DNA from: a virus
Virus record (IMG/VR): IMGVR_UViG_3300025405_000011
Span: 1 to 64,000 of that record
Length of the DNA stretch: 64,000 bases
Reading direction: 5' to 3' (one strand)
The translations under genes were made by a program, and so were the position numbers. Numbering within the stretch: position 1 is the stretch's first letter; each line of letters opens with the position of its first letter. The notes beneath the pieces were generated by a model. It saw only the letters and a list, made by a program, of their open reading frames with translations, made no database searches and was not told the DNA's origin. Shown piece after piece: positions 46,435-56,510 of this stretch.

Positions 46435-46505
46435 AGAAGGGTCCCCGGGAGGAGTGCAAGGTGTAGAAAACCGACTACGACTCCCAGGGAGACTGAGGCC
46501 CTTCT
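46435..46505 (-). ncRNA. Structured intergenic RNA element
   Basis: AGAAGGG/CCCTTCT outer stem; inner TCCCTGGGAG/CTCCCGGGGA stem whose G.U pair works only on the minus strand; loop about 29 nt. Confidence 0.45.
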
Positions 46506-46555
46506 TCATCAAGGGAATTACACTAAACCGAAATAGTTACCCTCACTGTCTACTG

Positions 46556-46774
46556 TTACTTTTTAGGACCTTTTACATTGTCCTTTCCAAATTTTTCTGC
46601 TTTTTTCAGTAGCCCAATAACATACTCTACAAAGTTTTCTACATCTCTAATGTCTTCGGCTTTATCACTGTGATCAACCATAATGGTCATACCGATCATA
46701 GTAGAGTGTAATTCACGAGATAGGATAAAGTTCATGAGCTCTCGTTGCATCTTATCATATTTGTTAACAGGCAT
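46556..46774 (-). CDS. Hypothetical protein
   Basis: Packed ORF. Confidence 0.55.
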   Translation of the reverse strand: MPVNKYDKMQRELMNFILSRELHSTMIGMTIMVDHSDKAEDIRDVENFVEYVIGLLKKAEKFGKDNVKGPKK

Positions 46775-46775
46775 A

Positions 46776-47018
46776 TTATCTCTTTAGTATTCCTAGTAGA
46801 GTTGCAGAAGCCATAGACATAATTGGGAACACTAGAGAGCAAATAATTGCCCATCCAGCAGCAGCTCCATTATGGTTAAAGAATGCTGTAATCAGTAGTG
46901 GAGCTAGAGCAAGTGCACTCAATAGAGCCAACCCTGCTGTAATCATCCCTACTATTAGTAGTACTCTTTTCATCATTCTTGTCATTCTATCTCTTTCCTT
47001 TACCAGCCATGCCCGCAA
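46776..47018 (-). CDS. Two-TM membrane protein
   Basis: Two hydrophobic helices. Confidence 0.55.
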   Translation of the reverse strand: MRAWLVKERDRMTRMMKRVLLIVGMITAGLALLSALALAPLLITAFFNHNGAAAGWAIICSLVFPIMSMASATLLGILKR

Positions 47019-47383
47019 CCATATTGATCGGGGACATAGCTACTCGAATTTATCTTTATTGCTATATATATTTGTTCTTCTATGGAAGCATCTGCTGCAT
47101 TATTAGCAAACTGCTTACCACCGTATGCAATCCAGTTATAGTTAGTGATTCCTAGACCCCCAGAATATAGAGGGCCTCTAAGAGTCCAGTTATAACCAGT
47201 TTCACATACTGATACCTTTTCCCACTTTAGTACTATATTTCTGGGAACAAGTCCTACATCTACTACGGGTGTTACTATTGTTCTTTCTGTTGTCGTTGTT
47301 ACTGTATTGTTAGTATCAGCAGTAGCACTATTCATTATAAATATTGATACTACTAAAGTTCCAAGTGCAATTAAACGTCGCAA
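47000..47383 (-). CDS. Secreted Rpf-like (resuscitation-promoting factor) transglycosylase
   Basis: Signal peptide, Thr-rich linker, W-x-x-V-x-x-CE-x-G-x-NW...Y-x-GGL...W-x-x-YGG...A-x-x-A-S-x-EEQI-x-x-A. Confidence 0.85.
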   Translation of the reverse strand: MRRLIALGTLVVSIFIMNSATADTNNTVTTTTERTIVTPVVDVGLVPRNIVLKWEKVSVCETGYNWTLRGPLYSGGLGITNYNWIAYGGKQFANNAADASIEEQIYIAIKINSSSYVPDQYGCGHGW

Positions 47384-47454
47384 AATTACTCCAATGTTAG
47401 ATTAATAAGTGCTTTTAGTTACTATAGACATCACCTCTTTCTTCTTAGATTTTA

Positions 47455-47483
47455 AGTTTATGTTCTTTTATTGCTTTAATCAA
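47455..47483 (-). promoter_or_regulatory. Promoter upstream of the rpf-like gene
   Basis: TTGATT-N17-TAAACT. Confidence 0.6.
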
Positions 47484-49342
47484 GAACCAAAGAGTAGGGC
47501 TCTTGGGCTCGTATCGATGGTGTCTTCCATATCAACATTTTCATCTACTACTCCTCGAATGGCTTCTGCTTCTGCTCTTCTTCTGAGGATTTTAGCATCC
47601 ACTCGTTCTTCAATTGTATTTACAGCAACTGGACGATAGATCCAAGTTTTTTCAATGCCCTTACTCTTGCTATCCGCTCTATTAATGCGATCTTTTCTCT
47701 GCTTGTATTCAGAGTATGTTCTGGGAATTTCGATATTCCACAAGTAGGGTGCATATAGGTTTAGTCCTTCTTGGCCAACATCACTAGTAATTAGTATAGC
47801 CGGACCAGTAGTGGAGTTAAAGGTTTTAATATTTTTAGTAATCGTTTCACTATCCATACCTACACCCCATATAGGTAAGACTGGTATATCTTTAAACTTA
47901 TTTTTTAATGATTCTAAATATGGAAATAAGGTACCGTGAGTCCAAAACGTAAACAAGACTACTTTATCCTTACTTTCAATATAAGTTTCCAAGCTACCCT
48001 CAATCAACTGATATTTTGAACTATTTTCTAAACTTATTAAATCTCCATATTGTTCTACTATCTCTTTGGCAAACTTTCCCTCACTGGTTAGTAGTCCAGA
48101 CGTGGTATTACAGATCATTCTTAGTGTATCGATATAGCCCCATGCAGTAGTGGGATTATCCGGGTTGAACTTTTCTCTTGCTAGTTTTTCAGCATAGTCA
48201 TAAATTTCTCGATCTGTATCGCTCAGTTCATAGATCATTCTTTTGGGCATACTCTCTGGGAATTGCTTGGCAATATCTGGGTCACTCTTCATAGCAATAT
48301 GGGTCCAGTTTTCGTGCTTTTTACCCAAAAGTGGAAGTTTGTTTTTGTCCCATTCTTTTACATAGAGTTCTTTGACATAGCCTCTTTCAAAAGTTTGTAT
48401 TTCTTTAGCATACAATAGTTTAAAAGCATCTCTTTTTAGATCACTAACTCCAGGAATACCAGGAGCAACTGTACTAAGAATATTACGAATATTTAGAGGA
48501 CTTGTAGTATAGGGAGTGGCTGTAAGTGCTAGAGACATGACTCGCTCTCCCGTTAGGTTTAAGAGTGTATCAAAACCATCACTTAGTAAACTAGTTCCGG
48601 TATTAATCTTTTGAGCTTCATCTATAACTACTAGTAGTCTTTGCCCCTTTACTAGTTCGAGAACCTGTTCTAGGTCTGTTCTAGAGTAGTCTAGGACCTT
48701 AGCCCTTTGACCCTTGACCTTAACTCGACTAGGTCCTCGAATTTTTTCATAGTTCAATACTAGAACTTGGCTTGAGTCTTCTAGGTAGAAGTCATGTCTT
48801 TGTTTTCTACTCCATTTGCCTTCTACTTTATGTACATCAAGATAGGTCATACGCTTGAACTCTTGTTCCCAGTCATACTGCTTAATCTTTTTACAGAAGA
48901 CTAGAACTTTATCAATGCGTCCTTCATCAAATAGCTTTTGTGCTGTTAAGCAACTGAGTAGAGTTTTACCAGCTCCTGTATCCCACTGCACTAGTACTCT
49001 GGGGTTTGTAGTCTTTAACTGTTCCCAGACAGTATTTAGTCCAATATGTTGGAATGGAAAGAGTTTGTTGTCTTCTAAAAATGGACTTCGAACCTCGAAT
49101 GGGTTACTTGCTGAAGCAACAAGAGAGTTATAGTATAGTTCACACTCCTCGTCGTTAAACTTTAATTCTAGATTGTTAGTCTCTAGAAACTGTTCAAAAT
49201 CTAAGACCTTATCACGGTTACGAAGTGTACCGTAACTGTCCACTAAACGTGAACTTTCTAGTTTTCTATCTAGACTGGAGAACCTTAGTACTCCATTGAG
49301 TTCTCGACTTTTTTGTACAAAGACGATTCCTTGGGAAGTCAT
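47480..49342 (-). CDS. SNF2-like SF2 helicase
   Basis: LFPFQ, DTGAGKT, IDEAQ, LTATP, GQEGLNL, QRKDRINR. Confidence 0.88.
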   Translation of the reverse strand: MTSQGIVFVQKSRELNGVLRFSSLDRKLESSRLVDSYGTLRNRDKVLDFEQFLETNNLELKFNDEECELYYNSLVASASNPFEVRSPFLEDNKLFPFQHIGLNTVWEQLKTTNPRVLVQWDTGAGKTLLSCLTAQKLFDEGRIDKVLVFCKKIKQYDWEQEFKRMTYLDVHKVEGKWSRKQRHDFYLEDSSQVLVLNYEKIRGPSRVKVKGQRAKVLDYSRTDLEQVLELVKGQRLLVVIDEAQKINTGTSLLSDGFDTLLNLTGERVMSLALTATPYTTSPLNIRNILSTVAPGIPGVSDLKRDAFKLLYAKEIQTFERGYVKELYVKEWDKNKLPLLGKKHENWTHIAMKSDPDIAKQFPESMPKRMIYELSDTDREIYDYAEKLAREKFNPDNPTTAWGYIDTLRMICNTTSGLLTSEGKFAKEIVEQYGDLISLENSSKYQLIEGSLETYIESKDKVVLFTFWTHGTLFPYLESLKNKFKDIPVLPIWGVGMDSETITKNIKTFNSTTGPAILITSDVGQEGLNLYAPYLWNIEIPRTYSEYKQRKDRINRADSKSKGIEKTWIYRPVAVNTIEERVDAKILRRRAEAEAIRGVVDENVDMEDTIDTSPRALLFGS

Positions 49343-49348
49343 AGAACT

Positions 49349-49377
49349 AGTATAGTCTAGATTAGTGTCTTAATCAA
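49349..49377 (-). promoter_or_regulatory. Promoter for a leaderless helicase transcript
   Basis: TTGATT-N17-TATACT-N6-ATG. Confidence 0.65.
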
Positions 49378-52300
49378 GAATATAAATCTATTCCATATGC
49401 GCCTACATTACTAGAAACTTGAGCTAGTCCAAATCTAGTGGGGTGTGGGTCTGAGTTTAATAGAAAGTAAGGTTTTTGGTGTACATCTAGTCGAGTATAA
49501 CTTTCATTATTTTTAGAGCTACCGATATAGTCTATGTCTATGTTTGTATAGTAGGGGCTCTGAGAATAGACTGGTACTATGGTTACTCCCGAAGCAAAAG
49601 TATTGGGAGTTAGTGCAGTTAGTCTTAATTGTATTCCACTTACAGTCGTACCAATATTAATAGTAGTATTTGGATTATTAATGTCTACTACTATTGGAGT
49701 CCAGTTGGGACTAGAACTATTGGTACTATATTCATATCGTACAGGGAAATAGAAAGGTGCAAACATAGATATAAATAATGGTTCATTTACTGAAGTGTTC
49801 ACTTGCTCAATTATAACATTGAAATTAGTATAGTTCGAACTAGGAGTATAAGAAGTAATACCTAGATCAATCCAAGTTTGAATCGGTAAAGAGCCACCGG
49901 CATAAGTCCTAGACACTAGAGTCACTGTACTGCCCGTAACTATGTTAACTGCATTTAAAAAGAGTTTGTAAGTTCCGTTATTAGTGGACGGCAAAAATAC
50001 TCGAGCTACTCCACTAACTCGCATATTAGATCTATCTTCAGTTGAAATCCAAGTGTTTGTAGGGGTATTAAAAGCACCCAATTGGTATAGGGATACTGCA
50101 GTATTACCACTAGAAGTAATCTTTAACTGAATAGTATTAGAAGGTACTGAACCAGTCCACATAGTGCCACTAAGGACTGTTTGACCATAACCACCACTAG
50201 TAATAGTGGTAACTGTACCAGTGACTGTAGTACCAGCAATTCCAGAACCTGTAGTGGGGTTAATAAATTGACTGGTAAATGTTAACTTATCATTGACTGT
50301 ACTTTTACCACTAGAAGTTGTTGTTGTTCCAGCTCCAATTAAGAAATAGTATTGAGGAAAAGTATAGTTACCACTAACAGTTACATAGCTACCCATACCC
50401 ACAGTACCGTCTGGGCTATACCCTAATTGTGGTTTCCAAGACTGTAGTCCACTAGGAGAAATAATATTCGGTACCGGAAAGTTATAGGCCATATAGCCAT
50501 TAGTTGCACCAGAGAAGGTCAGGGAATTAACAACTCCATTGCTAATGCCACTAGAAGTATATAGAGTAGTAGTACCAGTACTTGTAGTTACTCCAGGTCC
50601 AGTGACCCAACTATTGGTGAGATAGTTATAACCCGATACACTAATAAAGTTAGCGTCATAATAAGGTATTAGGTTACTTTGTGAAGGATAGGGCCCAGAC
50701 TGTAATCCATATATCTGTCCCGCTGTATTACCACTTACAAGAATGATTCTACTACTACCCAACTTACCGAAAGGTTTTGGTATAGAGTTAATACCATAGT
50801 TTAATACAGAACTATCCGTCATTAAAGTTTGTGAGTCAGTTAAGAAACTGTTCCAGTCATTGGTCAACCCAGCAACTTTAAAACTACTAAATCCATCCAA
50901 AGTATTAAAAAATGGAGTAAGAGCATATTCATCAGTGTTTAGTAATACATAATTATTGCTCTGACTAGTAAATCCTGAGTTAGTTCCATTTTTGGAAATA
51001 AAAGTAGTTGGCATAGTAGACAAGTATGACTGATTTGTTTGATAGTAAAAGCTCAAAGACTGTAGTCCAGTAAAGTATGCTTGATTCCAAGTTTGGTTAA
51101 CATTAATTTGCTGGTACTGATGCTTAGTAGCATAAGGAAATCTTCTGGTTAAGAACTGATTGTAACTAGCATTGTTATAGACTCCATTATAGTCTAGTAA
51201 TTTATAACTAGTACTGGGGTCACTTACATATGAAGTAGTGGTTAATCCTTGCACTGTACTATTGTCCAACTGAGAATTGTTTAGTGCTGAAAGTGATGGC
51301 CAGTTATTAGAATTACTGGTTTGTGTATTACCTAAACCAAAAATAGTTGAAGTACTAAGTTGATTTGCACCGTTGGTTGGGGCTATATAATCATTATTAC
51401 TATATACTGTATAATTGTTACTATTTATATCTTGAATAGTATTTTCTAAGTTTTCGTAATATTGTTCTACCCAATAAGGAAAAGCATTAAAGACTCTAGG
51501 AATAGTATCTGTTGCTAGATCGTATACTTCCCCGGATAGTTCTGTAAACTCTAATTTTAAGTAACTGGCATTAATGGTTGGAAACTCATAAAAACCCTTA
51601 CGAAGTATAAAGTCTCTTTGCACTGGATACCATACACAGTTACTAAAATCTAGTGGGGTGTCTAGAGTATCAATCTGTGAACTTAGAGGAACCACTGGTG
51701 CATCATTGGTATAATATAGATTCATTCTACAATTAGAATAGAGTGGGTTTGTATACATTCTATTAATGTTACTTGGAGTAACCTGCATTGTAGCAGTATT
51801 AGTACCAGACCCCACTAGAGTGGCATTAGTTCCAATTTGAGTATAGAAATATACAACTGCATCTTTTACAGGCTGAGGAGCACACTTCCAATAGGTTCCA
51901 AAAGCAGCATTAGTACCTCCAAAAAGAGTTCCCACTGAGTCAATAACTGGTTGATAGTTTTCAGTGAACCCTAATGCATTTTGAGTGGTTATAACTGGAA
52001 ATGCTGGAACATTATCATCATATATATTATATGAACCAGTAGTGGTAGCATCACTCAGTTCTACAATATTTAGTCTTATTGAAAATTGTTCAATACCTAC
52101 ACTGTAGGGAATATTGATAGCAACCCCACCATTGGTTGGAATTTGTTGAACAGCTACATTTCTAGTTATAACTACCTGTATAGAACCATTAGCAGGAATC
52201 AATTGTGTTCCTATGGTGTTGTAAGTAATAGTCTGCCAATCAGTAGTGGTAAGTATATCATTACCACCCTCTACTGTAGCAGTGTAAAGTTGATTGCCTA

Positions 52301-52664
52301 AACTATCCAGTAGTTTTACTGTACAAGGTACATTAAGTACATTAAAAGAAACTGCATTATAGTAGGTGTTAATTGAGAAATTGTAGGTTAGTACAATAGG
52401 AATACTATTAGTTCCACCAAAATCACGAGCTGAAATCCAGCTAGTTGGAGGATTGGGGGCTAGGGTAATGAGAGAATTATTGGTGTCAGTTTGATTGAGA
52501 CTTGGGTCAAGATAAGACGGGTTAGTTGCTGAACCTAGAGTATCAATTACTCCAGTATAAGCATATACTCCATCTACGACTAGACCATCAACAGTCATAG
52601 CAGCACTAACATTAGGGATTACATAGTCTTGTAATGGATCTGTATTATATGAATTAACAGGCAT
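49374..52664 (-). CDS. Large virion structural protein (baseplate/tail-fibre)
   Basis: 1096 aa, S/T/N/G-rich beta-type composition; follows the baseplate genes. Confidence 0.7.
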   Translation of the reverse strand: MPVNSYNTDPLQDYVIPNVSAAMTVDGLVVDGVYAYTGVIDTLGSATNPSYLDPSLNQTDTNNSLITLAPNPPTSWISARDFGGTNSIPIVLTYNFSINTYYNAVSFNVLNVPCTVKLLDSLGNQLYTATVEGGNDILTTTDWQTITYNTIGTQLIPANGSIQVVITRNVAVQQIPTNGGVAINIPYSVGIEQFSIRLNIVELSDATTTGSYNIYDDNVPAFPVITTQNALGFTENYQPVIDSVGTLFGGTNAAFGTYWKCAPQPVKDAVVYFYTQIGTNATLVGSGTNTATMQVTPSNINRMYTNPLYSNCRMNLYYTNDAPVVPLSSQIDTLDTPLDFSNCVWYPVQRDFILRKGFYEFPTINASYLKLEFTELSGEVYDLATDTIPRVFNAFPYWVEQYYENLENTIQDINSNNYTVYSNNDYIAPTNGANQLSTSTIFGLGNTQTSNSNNWPSLSALNNSQLDNSTVQGLTTTSYVSDPSTSYKLLDYNGVYNNASYNQFLTRRFPYATKHQYQQINVNQTWNQAYFTGLQSLSFYYQTNQSYLSTMPTTFISKNGTNSGFTSQSNNYVLLNTDEYALTPFFNTLDGFSSFKVAGLTNDWNSFLTDSQTLMTDSSVLNYGINSIPKPFGKLGSSRIILVSGNTAGQIYGLQSGPYPSQSNLIPYYDANFISVSGYNYLTNSWVTGPGVTTSTGTTTLYTSSGISNGVVNSLTFSGATNGYMAYNFPVPNIISPSGLQSWKPQLGYSPDGTVGMGSYVTVSGNYTFPQYYFLIGAGTTTTSSGKSTVNDKLTFTSQFINPTTGSGIAGTTVTGTVTTITSGGYGQTVLSGTMWTGSVPSNTIQLKITSSGNTAVSLYQLGAFNTPTNTWISTEDRSNMRVSGVARVFLPSTNNGTYKLFLNAVNIVTGSTVTLVSRTYAGGSLPIQTWIDLGITSYTPSSNYTNFNVIIEQVNTSVNEPLFISMFAPFYFPVRYEYSTNSSSPNWTPIVVDINNPNTTINIGTTVSGIQLRLTALTPNTFASGVTIVPVYSQSPYYTNIDIDYIGSSKNNESYTRLDVHQKPYFLLNSDPHPTRFGLAQVSSNVGAYGIDLYS

Positions 52665-53611
52665 TATTGTGCTCCATAAACAGTAGCTGTAATACTAAGA
52701 CTTGGATTGGATAGACTATCTTGTGGGAGTGCTGTACCATCTCCTGTTAAAGTTACACTATTAATATTTCTAGTCAAATCTATAGTCTTTTCTTGAGTTT
52801 GTAAGTGTGCAAATACTGGTGCAGTTATAGTTGATGAATTTTGTAGCCAATAACGTGTACTAGAACCCGGTTGTTTTACTGTTGGAGTATTGATGTTGGA
52901 TGCTTGTACTGTTCTTTGCATATAAAAGTTTTCTGAATAATTTTCTGTAGCACTAACCCATACTGCTGTAATGTCTTGAAGAAGAGCTTGGGGAGTTCCA
53001 AAAGATACTACAAAGTTACTGGGTAGTAATAGACCCATAACTTGTAAGAGTGCATTAGCTTTGTCTTGTGTCCAAGTTACTTTACCAACATTATCTATAG
53101 TAGGCACTAGTACTACTTCAGTAGTAAGAGAACCAAATCGGCCTAGATTAGGAGTTTTCCAGCTTTCTACTACGGTAAAAGGTATTTGAGTAATGGCTTC
53201 AGCTAGAGTCAATATCCCCCAGACTGTAGCTCCCAATTGGAAAGCTTCTGCAGCACCCAATAGACGTTCTCTGTAGCTAGCGTCTTTACGAGAAATTTCT
53301 TGCCAACTATTAACAGTCAACTGGTCAATAAAAGGGTTAGTAGAAAAACTATAGATTTCTGAAGATAGTCTTTTAATATTAAGGATTGAACCTAGAATAG
53401 TATCTAAGTTTGAAAATTCTACATTTTGTTGAATAAGTCTTGCAACAGTCTGTAGCATAGATAACTGACCGGTACCGGCATTACCCAGCATAGTTTTCAT
53501 AAGTAGAGTTAGATTATCATTAGAGTCAAAGTTATAGACGTCATCAGGAAAGTTTTGTACTTTTTGATCAAAAGTTGGATGAAGTATAATGGGGAAAAGA
53601 TTACCAGCCAT
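52664..53611 (-). CDS. Baseplate wedge protein (P2 gpI-like)
   Basis: Follows baseplate J; D-x-x-YR-x-R...GAT-x-x-G motif. Confidence 0.6.
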   Translation of the reverse strand: MAGNLFPIILHPTFDQKVQNFPDDVYNFDSNDNLTLLMKTMLGNAGTGQLSMLQTVARLIQQNVEFSNLDTILGSILNIKRLSSEIYSFSTNPFIDQLTVNSWQEISRKDASYRERLLGAAEAFQLGATVWGILTLAEAITQIPFTVVESWKTPNLGRFGSLTTEVVLVPTIDNVGKVTWTQDKANALLQVMGLLLPSNFVVSFGTPQALLQDITAVWVSATENYSENFYMQRTVQASNINTPTVKQPGSSTRYWLQNSSTITAPVFAHLQTQEKTIDLTRNINSVTLTGDGTALPQDSLSNPSLSITATVYGAQ

Positions 53612-56034
53612 TAGAAATTACTCATTCCCTTAACTGTAAAGTTAACTGCATTAAGAACTGGCAATTGATTACTAGATAGTAGGAAGTCACTATTTTTATT
53701 AGTTCCGATGGTTGTAGTACCGTCTAGTGACATAATACTAATACTATTTACTCTAACATTATTTACTCCAACTATACCCACTATTTGAGAGAGAATATTG
53801 GCAAATGAAATGACTCCCAGATAAGGAACTTGATTAAGATAACTACTTAGAGTATTACTTATGGCTGAATTAACACTGGCTTGATTACTACCTGGAGTAT
53901 AGACAATTGTAAGGTTAATGTTTAGAGGTACAAAAGTAGCTTGATGAACTAATGTATTTACTCCAATGGGGCGAGATTGTTGTATTAGGTTTTCTACATT
54001 AGTAACATCATAGTTAATATAATGCATATAAGTGCCCCAAGTGTTAGTATTAGGGATACTCCATCCTGCATTATAGGTTGAGCTCTCTATTCCTAGCCCA
54101 GTCATACTAAGTATACTATTACTTGTACGAGTGTTGTCATAGAGTGGATAAACTATAGTTCGACCAGTTAATGTACCCGTAGCACCACCAGAACCCAGTA
54201 CTGTATTATTGAGATATACTCCACTACTAACAACCTGGCTAATATAGGAGAAAGCTGGAATTATTGCTCCACTAGGTAGAGTTAGACCACAGTAGATGTA
54301 GGTATTGGCATTGGGTACTGAAATAAAGTTTGTACCACTAATAGCAGTACCACTAAAAGAGACAGGTCCTGCTCCATGACCCGAGTTATAGTAGTTGTCT
54401 GCTATAGGATAAGTAACTCCACTACCGACAGTAGTATTAAAGACATAAATAGAGTCACATATTCCAGAGTTACTGGTAGTAATTTGACTAGGAAAAGTAA
54501 TACAAGGCTGCTGAGTTAGCTGTATATAGTAGTCACCACTAGCTACTATTGCACTACTACCGTTAGCCATAATATAGTTATTGGCATTTAAGTAAGTAGG
54601 GCCACCAGTGCCACTTAAAATTTGAGTAGTATTAAATACCACTTGTTCAGTTACTTGATAGGTACTAGTACCATTAATAAATATATCAGCATAGTTAGAG
54701 ATATTGGGCATAGTCGCACTAGCACGAGAGCAAGCTGGGGTATACTCTGAAATTACTTCTATTGTACTACCAATAAAGAGTGCAGGATTATTGGCATTAT
54801 TAAGTATGGTTAGAGAGAGTTGAGGAGTTGGATTAGTAGGATATAGATAGTCTACGTTATTGCTATATACAGTCTGAGTAGGGGTATTGAGATATTGTCC
54901 TACAAGTTCTCCACCTTGTGGAAAAATATAGCCTGAATAAGTAGTTCCATATCCAACATCTGGGTTATTGGAAGTAACTGACTCAGAGTAAGTAAAACCA
55001 CTTATAGTGGTAACTCCACTAAGAGTAGTTCCACTAACTGTAAGTCTATAGGGACTACCACTAAGTGCTGTAATTGTTAGTGCATTACCATTAATAGTAC
55101 TGCCAGTAGGGGTAACTGTAAAGTTAAAACCACTAGAAACTAGTGTAGGGTAGACTCCAGATACCAAAGCAGTTAATCCAGCAGCAAGTGTAGTTCCTGT
55201 AGTACTGCCTAAAAATCCACTAGAAGCTACAGTTGTAGTTGCATTATAGGTGACTCCATTAATGGTTTGTCCACTATAAGCTACTAATTGAAACTTAACA
55301 GTATTGGTACCACTAGTACCACTAATTGTAGATACTACCTGTAGTTGCTCATCATAGTACTGTTGAGGTCCTATAGAGTTTGCTGCAGTAACATTTGAGT
55401 CTTGTAGAGCAGTAAGAGTATACTTGTTACTAGTACCAACATTATTACTAAATACTGTACTAGTCCAACGACTACGAAGTTGACTATCGGTTTCTGGATC
55501 AACTCCACCTGCAATACTAGAACTATTAGTTACTGAAGTAATACCCACTAGTGTTTGACCCAGACTAGTTATAGAACCAGCAGCAACATTGCCCAAAGTT
55601 CCAGCCAGTACAGCAGTGACTGGAACATCAACACTAAATGAACCAATAGGTATAATGGCTGGTGAACTAGTTATAAAGTAGATTACGTTAGGGTTTGTAG
55701 GAGAAATCGGTACTACTACTTGAGTACCTGCTGCAATAGAGTAAATACTGGTAGCAGCTGTAGCTACAGAAAAAGTAACAACACCATTAGATCTCTTACC
55801 CAGTTGTCGATAAAGTCCAAATAGATTAACAAAAGCATCTAGCTCTGGTCCAAACTTAGTATTAACATCATAACTGTAAGTTTGTAGAGTAGCATTGTTG
55901 CTAGCATTAGCAATTTCTTGTGCTACTGATTCAAAGATCTTGTAAGTAGCACTACCAACACTAGTGTCCCAGGATGGGTCTGAAAGTGAGAGTGCTGATA
56001 ATAGTCTATTTAGTACTGAACTAGCGTTAGCCAT
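53611..56034 (-). CDS. Baseplate J-like protein
   Basis: G-x-ELD, G-x-V-x-F, GT-x-GNV-x-AG-x-I, GGVDPETD-x-x-LR-x-R. Confidence 0.88.
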   Translation of the reverse strand: MANASSVLNRLLSALSLSDPSWDTSVGSATYKIFESVAQEIANASNNATLQTYSYDVNTKFGPELDAFVNLFGLYRQLGKRSNGVVTFSVATAATSIYSIAAGTQVVVPISPTNPNVIYFITSSPAIIPIGSFSVDVPVTAVLAGTLGNVAAGSITSLGQTLVGITSVTNSSSIAGGVDPETDSQLRSRWTSTVFSNNVGTSNKYTLTALQDSNVTAANSIGPQQYYDEQLQVVSTISGTSGTNTVKFQLVAYSGQTINGVTYNATTTVASSGFLGSTTGTTLAAGLTALVSGVYPTLVSSGFNFTVTPTGSTINGNALTITALSGSPYRLTVSGTTLSGVTTISGFTYSESVTSNNPDVGYGTTYSGYIFPQGGELVGQYLNTPTQTVYSNNVDYLYPTNPTPQLSLTILNNANNPALFIGSTIEVISEYTPACSRASATMPNISNYADIFINGTSTYQVTEQVVFNTTQILSGTGGPTYLNANNYIMANGSSAIVASGDYYIQLTQQPCITFPSQITTSNSGICDSIYVFNTTVGSGVTYPIADNYYNSGHGAGPVSFSGTAISGTNFISVPNANTYIYCGLTLPSGAIIPAFSYISQVVSSGVYLNNTVLGSGGATGTLTGRTIVYPLYDNTRTSNSILSMTGLGIESSTYNAGWSIPNTNTWGTYMHYINYDVTNVENLIQQSRPIGVNTLVHQATFVPLNINLTIVYTPGSNQASVNSAISNTLSSYLNQVPYLGVISFANILSQIVGIVGVNNVRVNSISIMSLDGTTTIGTNKNSDFLLSSNQLPVLNAVNFTVKGMSNF

Positions 56035-56479
56035 TGGTTACTGTAACTCCATTATTTCCTATAGAAACACTAAGATTGACTAAACTTCCTGACAATGTCT
56101 CAATGTTTACGTTTGCAAGAATACTATTAAAACCTAGTTCAACAGTTATATTTTGTACTTTCTGTATAACTTCATCTTGACTATAGTAGGCAAGCTGTGC
56201 TGAATTTTGTGCTGCTCTTAAATCAAGAATCTGCTGACCTTGGTATAGTTGTAGTACTCTAAGTATTTCTGTACTTACCATATTAGTACTAGCAGCTGTT
56301 TGAGGCGTACCGATCATGGCAGAGAGGGTAGAGCCAAAACCTGGAGTGGTCCAACCAGTGCCCAAAGGTTCTTGTAACCATCGAGTGATGTCTTCAACTA
56401 ACTTAGTGGTACCCTTGGCAAATAATAGCTTACCGCTATTTACCTGAATATCACCATTACGTACAACTAGTGTCTTCAT
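56027..56479 (-). CDS. Baseplate wedge gp25-like protein
   Basis: L-x-EP-x-G...P-x-FGS-x-L-x-x-x-IG; located upstream of baseplate J. Confidence 0.75.
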   Translation of the reverse strand: MKTLVVRNGDIQVNSGKLLFAKGTTKLVEDITRWLQEPLGTGWTTPGFGSTLSAMIGTPQTAASTNMVSTEILRVLQLYQGQQILDLRAAQNSAQLAYYSQDEVIQKVQNITVELGFNSILANVNIETLSGSLVNLSVSIGNNGVTVTNG

Positions 56480-56510
56480 ATTAACTTAGTGTCTTTCCGG
56501 GATGTATACA

